64,000 nt of DNA from Prevotella sp. (GCA_017471245.1 JAFUVB010000064.1:49270-113269), one strand, 5' to 3'. Positions 9,383 to 18,822 are shown, numbered from the stretch's first letter. Made by a program: numbers and translations. Notes: generated by a model not told the origin, from the letters alone.

Positions 9383-9528
9383 GCGTGCAAATTTACACAA
9401 AAATATTAGAAACAGCATGTCAAACCGCAGGGAAAACGCATTGAGAGTGAATAAAAATCTCATTTTATGGCTGTTGTTACAAAAACAATTCGTAACTTTG
9501 CAGACATTAAACATTATATATAATAACT

Positions 9529-10476
9529 ATGGAAAGAATTAAATTGGAAGAATTGTACAAGAATCGTGGTTACAGAGCTACCATAAGTGCTGCTTACAAC
9601 ACGTTTATTGAGAACTATAAGCAAATTTTTCGCCACACTTGGCTATGTATGGCGCTGATGGCACTGCTGATACCAGTTGTGTTTGTCGTGGCTTTTGCTC
9701 AGGTAGGCGGTGATTTTAATCCGCTTGTAGTTGGCGGTTATTTCTTGGTTAGCTGTCTGTTGCTGGTAGTAGAGATGTTCTATTACGGCAGGGTGGCAAT
9801 GCTTTTCAACGAGAAGGCATACGGTTGGAACATAGGTAGAGTGGTGAAACTGTGGCTGTGGACGATGTTGCTGTTTTCAGTCATCATGCTCGTCGTCGGC
9901 GGATTCGTGGCATTGGCAGCCATAGGTATTATACCTGCTGATCAATCTGCAGCCCAGTCGGTCAGTCCCATGGCAGCAGAGGCCGCAAATGACATGGCTT
10001 ATTTCAAGATAATGTTACTGACCTACTTGCTTATATTCGTCGTTATCCTGTTGCTTTTGCCATATACCTATGTATCGATGAAGTATATCGCTGAGCCGCA
10101 AACCCACATGTGGAAGCTATTCTTCAAAAACTTTAAGGTGGGAATGCGCCACTGGGGATACATCTTCCTTACGCTTTTCGTGATGTATATCATATTGATG
10201 GCTGTGTCATTCATTATTGCCCTGCCGCTGCTCATCTTGTTTGTGGTCTTCATATTATTTATAATTGGCACGCCTTATGGTGATGAAGCCGCCATGCCGG
10301 GCTACTTTCCATGGCTGCTTTACATCGTGGGAGCCGTCACGGTGTTTGCCTCAATGTTCATCAGTATCATCATGTTCTATGTGTTATATTATATATATGG
10401 TAGCATCGAAGCCCGCGAGAAAGAGCGCGAAAGCCTCGGAACCGTGGCAGAAGAAGCAGCCTTGGCCAATCAATAG
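9529..10476 (+). CDS. Multi-pass membrane protein of unknown function
   Basis: 315-aa ORF with about 7 hydrophobic segments; upstream TAACTTTG promoter box. Confidence 0.85.
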   Translation: MERIKLEELYKNRGYRATISAAYNTFIENYKQIFRHTWLCMALMALLIPVVFVVAFAQVGGDFNPLVVGGYFLVSCLLLVVEMFYYGRVAMLFNEKAYGWNIGRVVKLWLWTMLLFSVIMLVVGGFVALAAIGIIPADQSAAQSVSPMAAEAANDMAYFKIMLLTYLLIFVVILLLLPYTYVSMKYIAEPQTHMWKLFFKNFKVGMRHWGYIFLTLFVMYIILMAVSFIIALPLLILFVVFILFIIGTPYGDEAAMPGYFPWLLYIVGAVTVFASMFISIIMFYVLYYIYGSIEAREKERESLGTVAEEAALANQ

Positions 10477-10580
10477 ACAGTATCAGAACGTATCATAGAC
10501 AATATCAGAACGTCTCAATAGATACAACAGAACGTATCAATAGTGCAGCAGAAGTATCAATAGACAGCAACAGAACGTAT
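10471..10580. repeat. Five degenerate 20-23 bp tandem repeats filling the gap before hisB
   Basis: caatagacagtatcagaacgtat / catagacaatatcagaacgtct / caatagatacaacagaacgtat / caatagtgcagcagaagtat / caatagacagcaacagaacgtat. Confidence 0.85.
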
Positions 10581-11658
10581 GAAACCACAGAAAATCTTGT
10601 TCATCGACCGCGATGGCACGCTCATTGAAGAGCCTGAAGACGAGCAGATAGATGCCTTCGAGAAGCTGAAATTCGTGAAGGGCGTGTTCCGAAACCTCGC
10701 TTTCATCCGCAAAAACCTTGATTTCAGGTTTGTGATGGTGAGCAACCAGGATGGGCTTGGCACTCCCTCGTTCCCGGAAGATACCTTCTGGCCAGTTCAT
10801 CGGTTCATTCTTCAGTCGCTCGAAGGCGAAGGAATCACCTTCGATGATATCAAGATTGACCGCCATTTTCCTGAAGACAACCACCCGAACCGCAAACCCG
10901 GAACGGGAATGCTCACTGAATATATCGGCAATCCTGCCTATGATCTGGCGGGGAGCTATGTGATTGGTGACCGGGAGAGCGACCGTCAGCTGGCAGAAAA
11001 CCTCGGTTGCAAGGCGCTGATCATAGGTGACGAGCGCGGCACCACATGGGACAGCATAGCAGAAACGCTGTTTGCCGGCGAGCGAAAGGCGGAAGTGAGA
11101 CGCACAACGAAGGAAACAGACATTCACGTGGTGCTGAACATCGACGGAACAGGGCGTTGCGACATTTCAACAGGGCTGGGATTCTTCGACCACATGTTGG
11201 AACAGATAGGCAAACATGGTATGATGGATCTGATGATACATGCCAAAGGCGACCTGCATGTGGACGAGCATCACACGATAGAAGACACTGCTCTTGCCCT
11301 CGGAGAGTGCATCTTGAAGGCTCTTGGCGACAAACGGGGCATTGAGCGCTATGGCTATTCGTTGCCGATGGATGACTGTCTGTGTTCCGTTTGTCTCGAT
11401 TTCGGCGGTCGTCCATGGCTTGTCTGGGATGCAGAGTTCCGTCGCGAGCGCATTGGAGAGATGCCCACGGAGATGTTCCTCCACTTTTTCAAGAGCCTGA
11501 GCGATGCTGCCCGCATGAACTTGAATATCAAGGCTGAAGGCGAAAACGAGCATCACAAGATTGAAGGTATATTCAAAGCCTTGGCAAGAGCTCTGAAAAT
11601 GGCGGTCCGTCGCGACATTTATCACTATGAACTGCCATCAACTAAGGGAACGCTTTGA
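10579..11658 (+). CDS. hisB: Bifunctional histidinol-phosphatase / imidazoleglycerol-phosphate dehydratase
   Basis: HAD motif [13 protein letters not shown] and RKPGTGM, then IGPD motifs [14 protein letters not shown] and NEHHKIE. Confidence 0.97.
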   Translation: MKPQKILFIDRDGTLIEEPEDEQIDAFEKLKFVKGVFRNLAFIRKNLDFRFVMVSNQDGLGTPSFPEDTFWPVHRFILQSLEGEGITFDDIKIDRHFPEDNHPNRKPGTGMLTEYIGNPAYDLAGSYVIGDRESDRQLAENLGCKALIIGDERGTTWDSIAETLFAGERKAEVRRTTKETDIHVVLNIDGTGRCDISTGLGFFDHMLEQIGKHGMMDLMIHAKGDLHVDEHHTIEDTALALGECILKALGDKRGIERYGYSLPMDDCLCSVCLDFGGRPWLVWDAEFRRERIGEMPTEMFLHFFKSLSDAARMNLNIKAEGENEHHKIEGIFKALARALKMAVRRDIYHYELPSTKGTL

Positions 11659-11713
11659 CAAAAAACAGCAACGGGAAGCAATAAGCGCGAAGCGTAGAAG
11701 TGGGGATGATGAT

Positions 11714-11749
11714 TCGTTATATCGTTATTTCGAAATAACGATATAACGA
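11714..11749. repeat. Perfect 36-bp palindrome downstream of hisB
   Basis: tcgttatatcgttatttc|gaaataacgatataacga is its own reverse complement. Confidence 0.85.
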
Positions 11750-11896
11750 GATCAATGCGACAAATCGGCCGAAAAAGAAACAACGCATCGCATTCATTCC
11801 CTCGCTAAATAGCTTTTTTGTTCCCCAAAGCATCAGCTTTTGAAATTGTCCCAAATCAATAAAAAACTTAAAAATTGTATTTTTTATTACATAAAA

Positions 11897-11928
11897 TTTG
11901 CATAAGTGCCTGATTTTTCGTAGTTTTG
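11897..11928 (+). promoter_or_regulatory. Promoter of the lytic transglycosylase gene
   Basis: TTTG at 11897-11900 and TAGTTTTG at 11921-11928, spaced by 20 nt. Confidence 0.7.
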
Positions 11929-11974
11929 CATCGAATATGCAGAATAGTATGCAATACATTCTGTGATTAATAAC

Positions 11975-12057
11975 TGGAACTGAGACGTAGCCTGTTGTGA
12001 AGATAGGTATCGTTGTGAGCAGTAAGAGCATTGAGATGATGCGTTGTTCAGGTTCCA
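11975..12057 (+). ncRNA. Candidate structured cis-regulatory RNA in the 5' UTR
   Basis: Closing stem tggaactga-gacgt / gcgtt-gt-tca-g-gttcca enclosing hairpins gcctgtt/gataggt and gcatt/gatgc; paired by eye only. Confidence 0.35.
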
Positions 12058-12071
12058 AAAATCAGGTAATA

Positions 12072-12500
12072 ATGGATAGAATATTTAAAGTATTATGTTT
12101 AATTACATTAATGACTATCCCTATTTCTGCCAGTGCAGGTAATAAAGGGAACAAGAAATCTTCTAAAGTAGACTGTGAACCGGTAATGAACGCCATCATT
12201 CAAGTGGAGAGCGGCGACCGGAAAAATGCCAAGAACGGCAACCAGTGCGGTGCGATGCAGATTACGCCGATACTTGTTCAGGAGTGCAACAATATCCTGA
12301 AAGAGCGGAAAAGCAAAAAGCGGTATACACTTTCAGACCGTTTTAACCTTGCCAAATCAAAGGAAATGTTTCTGCTGATACAGTCTTATCACAATCCGAA
12401 TAATGATATCGAGAAGGCCATCAGGTCGTGGAACGGCGGTCAGCAGTACAGTATTAAGAGGACGCAACGCTACTTTGAGAAGGTGATGAGTTATCTCTAA
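12072..12500 (+). CDS. Lytic transglycosylase (SLT) domain protein with signal peptide (ORF track start 11997)
   Basis: AIIQVESG (catalytic Glu), GAMQIT and AIRSWNGG motifs. Confidence 0.88.
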   Translation: MDRIFKVLCLITLMTIPISASAGNKGNKKSSKVDCEPVMNAIIQVESGDRKNAKNGNQCGAMQITPILVQECNNILKERKSKKRYTLSDRFNLAKSKEMFLLIQSYHNPNNDIEKAIRSWNGGQQYSIKRTQRYFEKVMSYL

Positions 12501-12519
12501 GGGATAAGAAAAACAATTT

Positions 12520-12554
12520 CCGGTTGCCAGGATGCTGGCAACCGGTATTTTTTT
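12520..12554 (+). terminator. Intrinsic terminator
   Basis: ccggttgccag-gatg-ctggcaaccgg followed by a T-run. Confidence 0.85.
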
Positions 12555-12612
12555 ATCCCGTTAATATGAAGCGGCAATGGTGGTCGGCTTCACCGAAATT
12601 TGCATTCACAGA

Positions 12613-12783
12613 TGTTCAAACCTTCGTAATGGCAGAGCTGGTGTATGTATTGAATTGTTCAAACCTTCGAAACAGCTGGAGATAGTGTATGTATTGAATT
12701 GTTCATACCTTCGTAATGGCGGAGTTTGTGAGTGTATTCAAATGCTCATACCTTCGAAACAGCGGGAGATAGTGTCTGCATTT
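12613..12783. repeat. Higher-order tandem repeat A-B-A'-B' of 43/44-bp units overlapping the 3' end of the MscS gene
   Basis: Units start at 12613, 12656, 12700 and 12743 with tgttca(a/t)accttcg; A units continue taatggc, B units continue aaacagc. Confidence 0.85.
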
Positions 12784-15115
12784 CTGGCACTTGCTTGATG
12801 TAAACGTCCTGCTGCGGGAACGGTATTTCGATGCCGTTGCGATTGAGAACGTCGTAGATACATTGCATCACGTCGCTCACCACGTAGATTTGCTTCACCG
12901 CATCCACCCAGCACAGCAGCTTGAAATTGATGCTGCTGTCGCCGAAATCGGTGAAGACCACCTTCACTTTCTTCTCTGGGTCGAGATATTGATGGTTCAA
13001 TTGCATCACGGCATCTTCCACGAGCGAGGTCACTTTCTTCATATTCGTGCCGTAAGCCACGCCGAATGGGATGAGCGAAAGCACGTAGCCGTGGTTCTTC
13101 GTCAGGTTTTTGTAGTTCTTCGTGAACAGCTGCGAGTTGGTGAAAGCTATCACCGAGCCGTCGATGGCCTCAAGCATGGTGCTCGTATAGCTGATGCTTG
13201 CCACCTTTCCTTTGATGCCGTCGCACTCTATCCAGTCACCTACTTTCACGCGTCCTGCCATCAGATTGATGCCGTAATACAGGTTTTCGAGAATGTCTTT
13301 CGACGCAAAACCGATACCGGTAGACAGACCTCCGGCTATATAACCGAGCCAGGTGCCGCCGATATGCAAGATGCTGAGGCTGATGAGCAGCCATGCGCCC
13401 CACACAATCACCTGCATGACGTTCTTTCCCATTACCTCTCGCGACCCCACATTCTGCAAATTCTTGTTGCGGAAGTGTATGTGGAGCAGCTCCAAGCACA
13501 GCTTATTCAGGTATTTGAACAGGAAATAGAGTCCCACAACCTGAATCATGCTGAGGAAACTGAGCCTGAAATTGTTCACGTCGATGAAGTTTTTGGTGAA
13601 GATGCTCAGTGTGAGGTCGCTCAGATTGAACACATCTGCCGCCATGTAAATGCTCAGTGGGATGGAGAACAGCGCCATCACGGGCAGCAGCACCTCATAG
13701 ATGAGCCGGAAGAACCATGTGTCGGTGACCGGCTTTCTGTAGATGTCGTGGCGCTTGCTGTAGTTTTTCATCCATCCGGCAATACAGGTGATGGTGAGAA
13801 TACATGTGAGCTGCATGATCCACCAGATAAGCAACTGCACGCTGAGCAGTGTGTATCCGATCCACGAACTGATGGTGCTGGCGATGAAGATGGCAAGCGA
13901 CACGTAGGTATAGAGCATGTCGTTTCGGGGAACACGCTTGTTGTGCTTGCGGATGACATACCATTGCCAAACGGTGCATATCAGCAGGATGGGCGGGAAA
14001 ATGAGGTTCACCAGGTCGTTGGGTATCAGAATGATGCGGAACGTGATCACGATGAAGCCCATGAAGATCAGCGGCGAGTAGATGTGGAATGCGCTTTTGA
14101 TCTGATTGCCGTCAACTCTCAGCAGCAGCGAGATAAGAATCACGCCCAGCAGCCATGCATATTCCACCAGCAGATTGCTCGCCATGATGAGGAAATTCTG
14201 CTCCACGGTGGCGAGGATGATGCCTTGGATGATGGCAAAGGTGATGGCTGTGGTGGCGAGAATGATGCATGTGCGCTTCTTCATGAACTCTTCCGTGCGG
14301 AAACGGCGTGGCATGAGCACCCTGATAGCCAAGATGTTGAGCACGACTGACACCAGTCCGTAGAAGGCGATTGCCAAGAACAGGCCGATGATCATTCTGG
14401 AATCCCACTGTGATTTCAGCTTATTCGAGATGCGATACTTGTCGCTCACGGCCTCCACCGTTGCGTTCAGGTTCTTCTGCAGACCCGAAAGGATGGCGAA
14501 ATAGTTCTCTCCTCCGTTCTTGAAGATATTGCTTTGTATCTCACCGTAGCGCAAGTTGGCATAGTCGTTCAGATATTTCAGTCTGTTTTCCGTAGTGTCG
14601 TAGTAGCGGATATAGTCCTGCATGGTCTGCTTGTTCTCATACATTGAGCGCCTTATGTTCACTGCAAGGGTGAGACAAACGTTGCGATCGGTCTTCGCTT
14701 TGTCGTCTAATGTCATCTGCGGCATCTTCTGCAGCGATGCGATAAGGCTGTCGTAGCGTGCTATTTCCGTATCCATCTTGCTGATGAACGATCGGAATGG
14801 CAGTGTCTTTTGCTTGAAATCGTGAAACTGGTTGGTGGCTTCGTGGCAGGCATAGGTAAGGTCGAACACGTAGTCAGGTTTCTGCGAGTAGAGCATCAGC
14901 GAGTTCTGGTTGCTCCTTCTGATCACATCCATCAGGTTGTTTCTGATGCGCTCGTTCTGGTTAGCAAACGATTTCACTCGTTTTTCTTGCTCATCGTGAA
15001 CGTTTTGAAGCTCTGTGCGCAGTATGGAAAGTGTCTGGCTCAAGTCTTTTTCCTTGAGTACGGCATTCGCATTCAGTGCAAATATAACTGATAAAATAAG
15101 CAGAAGTTTTCTCAT
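12746..15115 (-). CDS. Large mechanosensitive channel MscS-family protein
   Basis: C-terminal GIGFASKDILENL, GRVKVGDWIE, FTNSQL, FGDSSINF and GIEIPFPQQDV; N-terminal helical region and many transmembrane segments. Confidence 0.93.
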   Translation of the reverse strand: MRKLLLILSVIFALNANAVLKEKDLSQTLSILRTELQNVHDEQEKRVKSFANQNERIRNNLMDVIRRSNQNSLMLYSQKPDYVFDLTYACHEATNQFHDFKQKTLPFRSFISKMDTEIARYDSLIASLQKMPQMTLDDKAKTDRNVCLTLAVNIRRSMYENKQTMQDYIRYYDTTENRLKYLNDYANLRYGEIQSNIFKNGGENYFAILSGLQKNLNATVEAVSDKYRISNKLKSQWDSRMIIGLFLAIAFYGLVSVVLNILAIRVLMPRRFRTEEFMKKRTCIILATTAITFAIIQGIILATVEQNFLIMASNLLVEYAWLLGVILISLLLRVDGNQIKSAFHIYSPLIFMGFIVITFRIILIPNDLVNLIFPPILLICTVWQWYVIRKHNKRVPRNDMLYTYVSLAIFIASTISSWIGYTLLSVQLLIWWIMQLTCILTITCIAGWMKNYSKRHDIYRKPVTDTWFFRLIYEVLLPVMALFSIPLSIYMAADVFNLSDLTLSIFTKNFIDVNNFRLSFLSMIQVVGLYFLFKYLNKLCLELLHIHFRNKNLQNVGSREVMGKNVMQVIVWGAWLLISLSILHIGGTWLGYIAGGLSTGIGFASKDILENLYYGINLMAGRVKVGDWIECDGIKGKVASISYTSTMLEAIDGSVIAFTNSQLFTKNYKNLTKNHGYVLSLIPFGVAYGTNMKKVTSLVEDAVMQLNHQYLDPEKKVKVVFTDFGDSSINFKLLCWVDAVKQIYVVSDVMQCIYDVLNRNGIEIPFPQQDVYIKQVPEMQTLSPAVSKV

Positions 15116-15212
15116 TGTGTGATAATATTTCTTTAATTTGCTTGCAAAAATACGAATAATTCATACATTATGATTATATTTGCGTGGTTTTTTATAAAAG
15201 GTTAATTAAATT

Positions 15213-16037
15213 ATGTTGATTATAGCAGACTCTGGCAGCACCAAAACCGACTGGGCTTTGGTTGAGAACGGGCAGATTTTGAGCCGCATGCAGACACAAG
15301 GCCTGAACCCGGTGGTGAGTGATGAGGCGTTGATGACGGGCGAAATGCGCAAGGTGGAGATACCTTCTGAAAGCGCGGTGAGCGGGATTCGTTTCTATGG
15401 AGCTGGCTGCCGGGGGCAGTGGAGCGACAAGGTGAGGAGCGCGTTGCACACAGTATTCCCCCATGTTCAGCAGATAGAGGTGTGGAGCGACTTACTTGGT
15501 GCCGCCCATGCCGTATGCGGACACGAGCCGGGAATTGCCTGCATACTTGGCACAGGCTCCAATTCCTGCCTCTACGACGGTAGTGAAATCATTGCCAATG
15601 TGCCGCCGATGGGCTACATTATCGGCGATGAAGGAAGCGGCGCGGCACTTGGAAAGCTGTTCATCAATGCGCTCTATAAGGGCATTCTACCTGTTTCCAT
15701 GCGCGAAGACTTCCTGAAATGGGCATCGCTCAGCTACGACCAGCTCATCAGCCGCATCTATCGCGAGCCGCTTGCCAACCGTTTTCTGGCTTCCACCTCT
15801 TTATATATATATAGCCATTTAGACGTGGAGTCGCTCCGAAACCTGGTGAAAGAGAACTTCAGAAGTTTCTTCCGCTGTCAGCTTAGCAACTATTCGCGCC
15901 GCGATTTGACCGTTGGCGTGGTGGGCAGCATAGGCTATCACTACCGGGAATTGCTGGCTGAAGTGGCTGCCGAAGAAGGTTATCAGATGGGAAAGATACT
16001 CAAGGAACCACTGCCGGGTATGGTTGAATTCGGCTGA
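15213..16037 (+). CDS. BadF/BadG/BcrA/BcrD-type ATPase (N-acetylglucosamine kinase-like sugar kinase)
   Basis: IADSGSTKTDW, FYGAGC, ILGTGSNS and GDEGSG motifs. Confidence 0.85.
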   Translation: MLIIADSGSTKTDWALVENGQILSRMQTQGLNPVVSDEALMTGEMRKVEIPSESAVSGIRFYGAGCRGQWSDKVRSALHTVFPHVQQIEVWSDLLGAAHAVCGHEPGIACILGTGSNSCLYDGSEIIANVPPMGYIIGDEGSGAALGKLFINALYKGILPVSMREDFLKWASLSYDQLISRIYREPLANRFLASTSLYIYSHLDVESLRNLVKENFRSFFRCQLSNYSRRDLTVGVVGSIGYHYRELLAEVAAEEGYQMGKILKEPLPGMVEFG

Positions 16038-16160
16038 AAAGTATGTATGTCAAGGCAGAATCATATCTGTTTTCTGATATAGTGTTGAATCATGTCAAAA
16101 AAGTATCAGTTTGTTTGCCGGAAAATGTGTATCTTTGCAAGCAAATCATACCGATGTGAG

Positions 16161-17444
16161 ATGAAAAGAATCATACTATTAATAATAGGTGTAGTATCAT
16201 TGTTGACGCTTCAAGCGCAGAATGGCTTTGTGAAAGTAGACAACGGGCATTTCATGCGCGAAGGAAAACCATATTATTTTGTGGGAACCAACTTCTGGTA
16301 TGGTGCCATTCTCGGCAGCGAAGGGCAGGGTGGCGACCGCCAGCGCCTGTGCCGTGAGCTCGACGAAATGAAGGCCATCGGCATTGATAACCTGCGTATT
16401 CTCGTTGGAAGCGACGGAGAACGCGGCGTGAAAACCAAGGCTGAGCCCACGCTGCAGATAGCTCCGGGCGTGTATAACGACACAATCTTCGCCGGACTTG
16501 ATTATCTCCTGATGGAAATGGGTAAGCGGAAGATGGTCGCCGTGTTATATCTGAACAACTCTTGGGAGTGGAGCGGGGGCTACGGATTCTATCTTGAGCA
16601 CGCCGGAGAGGGCGTTGCCCCGCGCCCAAACGAAGATGGCTACCAGCCGTTCATGCGCTTTGTGAGCCGCTATGCTACCAACAAGAAGGCGCACGAGCTG
16701 TTCTATCAGTACGTGAAGGACGTGATCGGCCGCACCAACCGCTATACCGGCAAGCCCTATGCTGAGGATCCCGCCATCATGTCGTGGCAAATCGGCAACG
16801 AGCCGCGTGCCTTCAGCGACGAGGGAAAGCAGCCTTTCGCCGCGTGGTTGGCAGAAACATCGGCGTTGATCCGCTCTCTCGACAAGAATCATCTCATTTC
16901 CATAGGCTCGGAAGGCAAGTGGGGCTGCGAGGGAGACATGCAACTGTATGAGCAGGTGTGCTCCGACAAGAACATAGACTATATGAACCTGCACCTCTGG
17001 CCATACAATTGGAACTGGGTGAGAGAGCGCACGCTGCGCAAGAACCTGCCGATTGCCTGCAAGAACACGAAGGAATACATCGACGAGCACATAGTTGTGA
17101 GCGAGCGGCTGAATAAGCCCTTGGTGATGGAAGAGTTCGGTTTCCCGCGCGACGGCTTCTCTTTCTCGCTCGAAAGCACCACCACCGTGCGCGATGATTT
17201 CTATCGTTACGTGTTCTCGTTGGTAGCCGACAACGCGCTAAAAGGCGGTAATTTCGCCGGTTGCAACTTCTGGGGATGGGGCGGACTTGCCAATCCCGTG
17301 CACGACCAGTGGCAAGTGGGCGACGATTATACGGGTGATCCCGCCCAGGAACAGCAGGGATTGAACTCCGTTTTCCTCTCCGACAAATCCACCATTGATG
17401 TGATTCGCGAACAGGTTCAGCGCATTGCCAATGCCGGAAAATAA
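16161..17444 (+). CDS. GH5 beta-mannanase/mannosidase, secreted (ORF track start 16092)
   Basis: GTNFWYG, NNSWEWSGG, WQIGNEPR (acid/base) and VMEEFG (nucleophile); mannan-locus context. Confidence 0.88.
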   Translation: MKRIILLIIGVVSLLTLQAQNGFVKVDNGHFMREGKPYYFVGTNFWYGAILGSEGQGGDRQRLCRELDEMKAIGIDNLRILVGSDGERGVKTKAEPTLQIAPGVYNDTIFAGLDYLLMEMGKRKMVAVLYLNNSWEWSGGYGFYLEHAGEGVAPRPNEDGYQPFMRFVSRYATNKKAHELFYQYVKDVIGRTNRYTGKPYAEDPAIMSWQIGNEPRAFSDEGKQPFAAWLAETSALIRSLDKNHLISIGSEGKWGCEGDMQLYEQVCSDKNIDYMNLHLWPYNWNWVRERTLRKNLPIACKNTKEYIDEHIVVSERLNKPLVMEEFGFPRDGFSFSLESTTTVRDDFYRYVFSLVADNALKGGNFAGCNFWGWGGLANPVHDQWQVGDDYTGDPAQEQQGLNSVFLSDKSTIDVIREQVQRIANAGK

Positions 17445-17550
17445 GCGCGAAGGATGGCGAAAGTAACATTGCGTGCATGAAAAAGAAACAAATAAGAGCG
17501 TGATATCTCAAATAAAAATTGTAATTTTGCAGCAGATAACTTAAAAATAA

Positions 17551-18465
17551 ATGCGTATGAAGAAAATTTTTACTCTGTTTATACTGGCAGCAGCTGCCTT
17601 GACGGTGAACGCACAGACAAGAACCACCGTGTGGGAAGGCTCGAAAACCATGGATTCCACATGGCCTGCGGTGCAGATTGCCGCATCTCAGTTCAGCGAT
17701 GCACGTGCCGGTGACCAGATCATCGTTACGGTTTCGAAGGCCGACAACAGCATCAATTCAGGTTGGGAGTGGGGACCTCAGGTGTTCATCAAGCTGGATT
17801 GGCAGGATTTCTTGAGTGCCAAATATCTTACAGATGGTGCAACTGATGCCGAAGTAGCTTTCGATCTCTCTGCCGACGACGTAGATAAAATAAAGGCAGG
17901 ACAGGAGATTGAGATTCAGGGAATGAACGTTATCGTGGCGAAATGCGAGCTTCTTACAGCCGCAGAAACCACTTCTTCCACCATCTGGGAGGGCGAATGC
18001 GCCTTCGGAGACTGGGCCGCGGGCTTCAGCATCGACGCTGAAAAGTTTGCAGATGCATCTGCCGGCGATGCCATAGTGTTCAATTACACGGTAACGAAGA
18101 ATGAAGAGAAGAACTGGTATCAGTTTAAAACCATCTTCGCAGGTACTGATAGTGAAACGCTTACCAGCAATGCGAGCGACCTGAACGAGTATGGTTGCGC
18201 CAGCGTTACGGTTGATTCAAAGTCGTTCAAGATCACTCTCAATGCCGAAGACGTGGCAAAGTTGAAGGAGACAGGTCTGTATGTGAACGGCAAAGACATC
18301 ACCGTGACTTCCGTAAACCTGCTGAAAGTGGTTACGGGAATCAGCAATGCAGCCGCCAAGCAGGAGAAAACCGCCGACGCCTACTATTCTTTAGACGGCG
18401 TGAAGGTGGCATCTCCGCAGAAGGGCATGTATATTTATAAGGGCAAGAAAATCGTAGTAAAGTAG
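17551..18465 (+). CDS. Secreted protein with two tandem CBM-like repeats and a Prevotella-type T9SS-like C-terminal tail
   Basis: Signal peptide; repeats TTVWEGSK...AGDQII...LSADDVDKIK and STIWEGEC...AGDAIV...LNAEDVAKLK; tail TGIS...YYSLDGVKV...KGMYIYKGKKIVVK. Confidence 0.8.
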   Translation: MRMKKIFTLFILAAAALTVNAQTRTTVWEGSKTMDSTWPAVQIAASQFSDARAGDQIIVTVSKADNSINSGWEWGPQVFIKLDWQDFLSAKYLTDGATDAEVAFDLSADDVDKIKAGQEIEIQGMNVIVAKCELLTAAETTSSTIWEGECAFGDWAAGFSIDAEKFADASAGDAIVFNYTVTKNEEKNWYQFKTIFAGTDSETLTSNASDLNEYGCASVTVDSKSFKITLNAEDVAKLKETGLYVNGKDITVTSVNLLKVVTGISNAAAKQEKTADAYYSLDGVKVASPQKGMYIYKGKKIVVK

Positions 18466-18543
18466 CATTTTCATAGTTTTAATATAGAATCAATAGGTTC
18501 ATTTAATTTTTTTCAATAGGTAATTTAAGTAACTCAAGTTTGG

Positions 18544-18568
18544 GGCTCCGCTTCGGCGGGGCCTTTTT
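18544..18568 (+). terminator. Intrinsic terminator
   Basis: ggctccgc-ttcg-gcggggcc-ttttt. Confidence 0.85.
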
Positions 18569-18576
18569 GTTTCCGG

Positions 18577-18679
18577 AAAAGCTATGGTTTCAGGTCGCAA
18601 AACCATAGCTTTCGAGCTTTAAAACCATAGCTTTTGAGCTCCAAAACCATAGGTTTTAATGTTCAAAACCATAGGTTTT
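18577..18679. repeat. 22-bp-period array 1 (5 units, core AAAACCATAG(C/G)TTT)
   Basis: Cores start at 18577 (inverted), 18599, 18621, 18643 and 18665. Confidence 0.88.
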
Positions 18680-18822
18680 AGATATCAATTCCCATGTTGT
18701 TTTGTTTTTGTTAACATCCTATTTTGATAAAGTATAAAGAAAAAGCAAAAAAGTATCATTATTCTTGCAAAGAAAGTATTAACTTTGCAAAACAAAACTA
18801 ATAAAAATCTATTAAGCCAAAC

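Noticed and set aside
12613-12783. Possible mini-CRISPR array or DGR template/variable pair at the MscS C-terminus
   Set aside because: The 'spacers' are only about 14-15 nt and repeat alternately. Differences between units are not adenine-specific. There is no cas gene or reverse transcriptase in the window.
12791-14350. 519-aa plus-strand ORF, and similar long ORFs at 20107-21081, 49639-50784 and 60835-61920
   Set aside because: These are antisense shadows of well-supported genes (MscS, GH26, GH28, CotH) with no recognisable motifs, as expected from codon bias.
18577-18679. 22-bp arrays, and the 10471-10580 repeats, as CRISPR
   Set aside because: The period of 22 bp with 7-nt linkers is far too short for repeat plus spacer, the cores vary and invert, and no cas genes are present.
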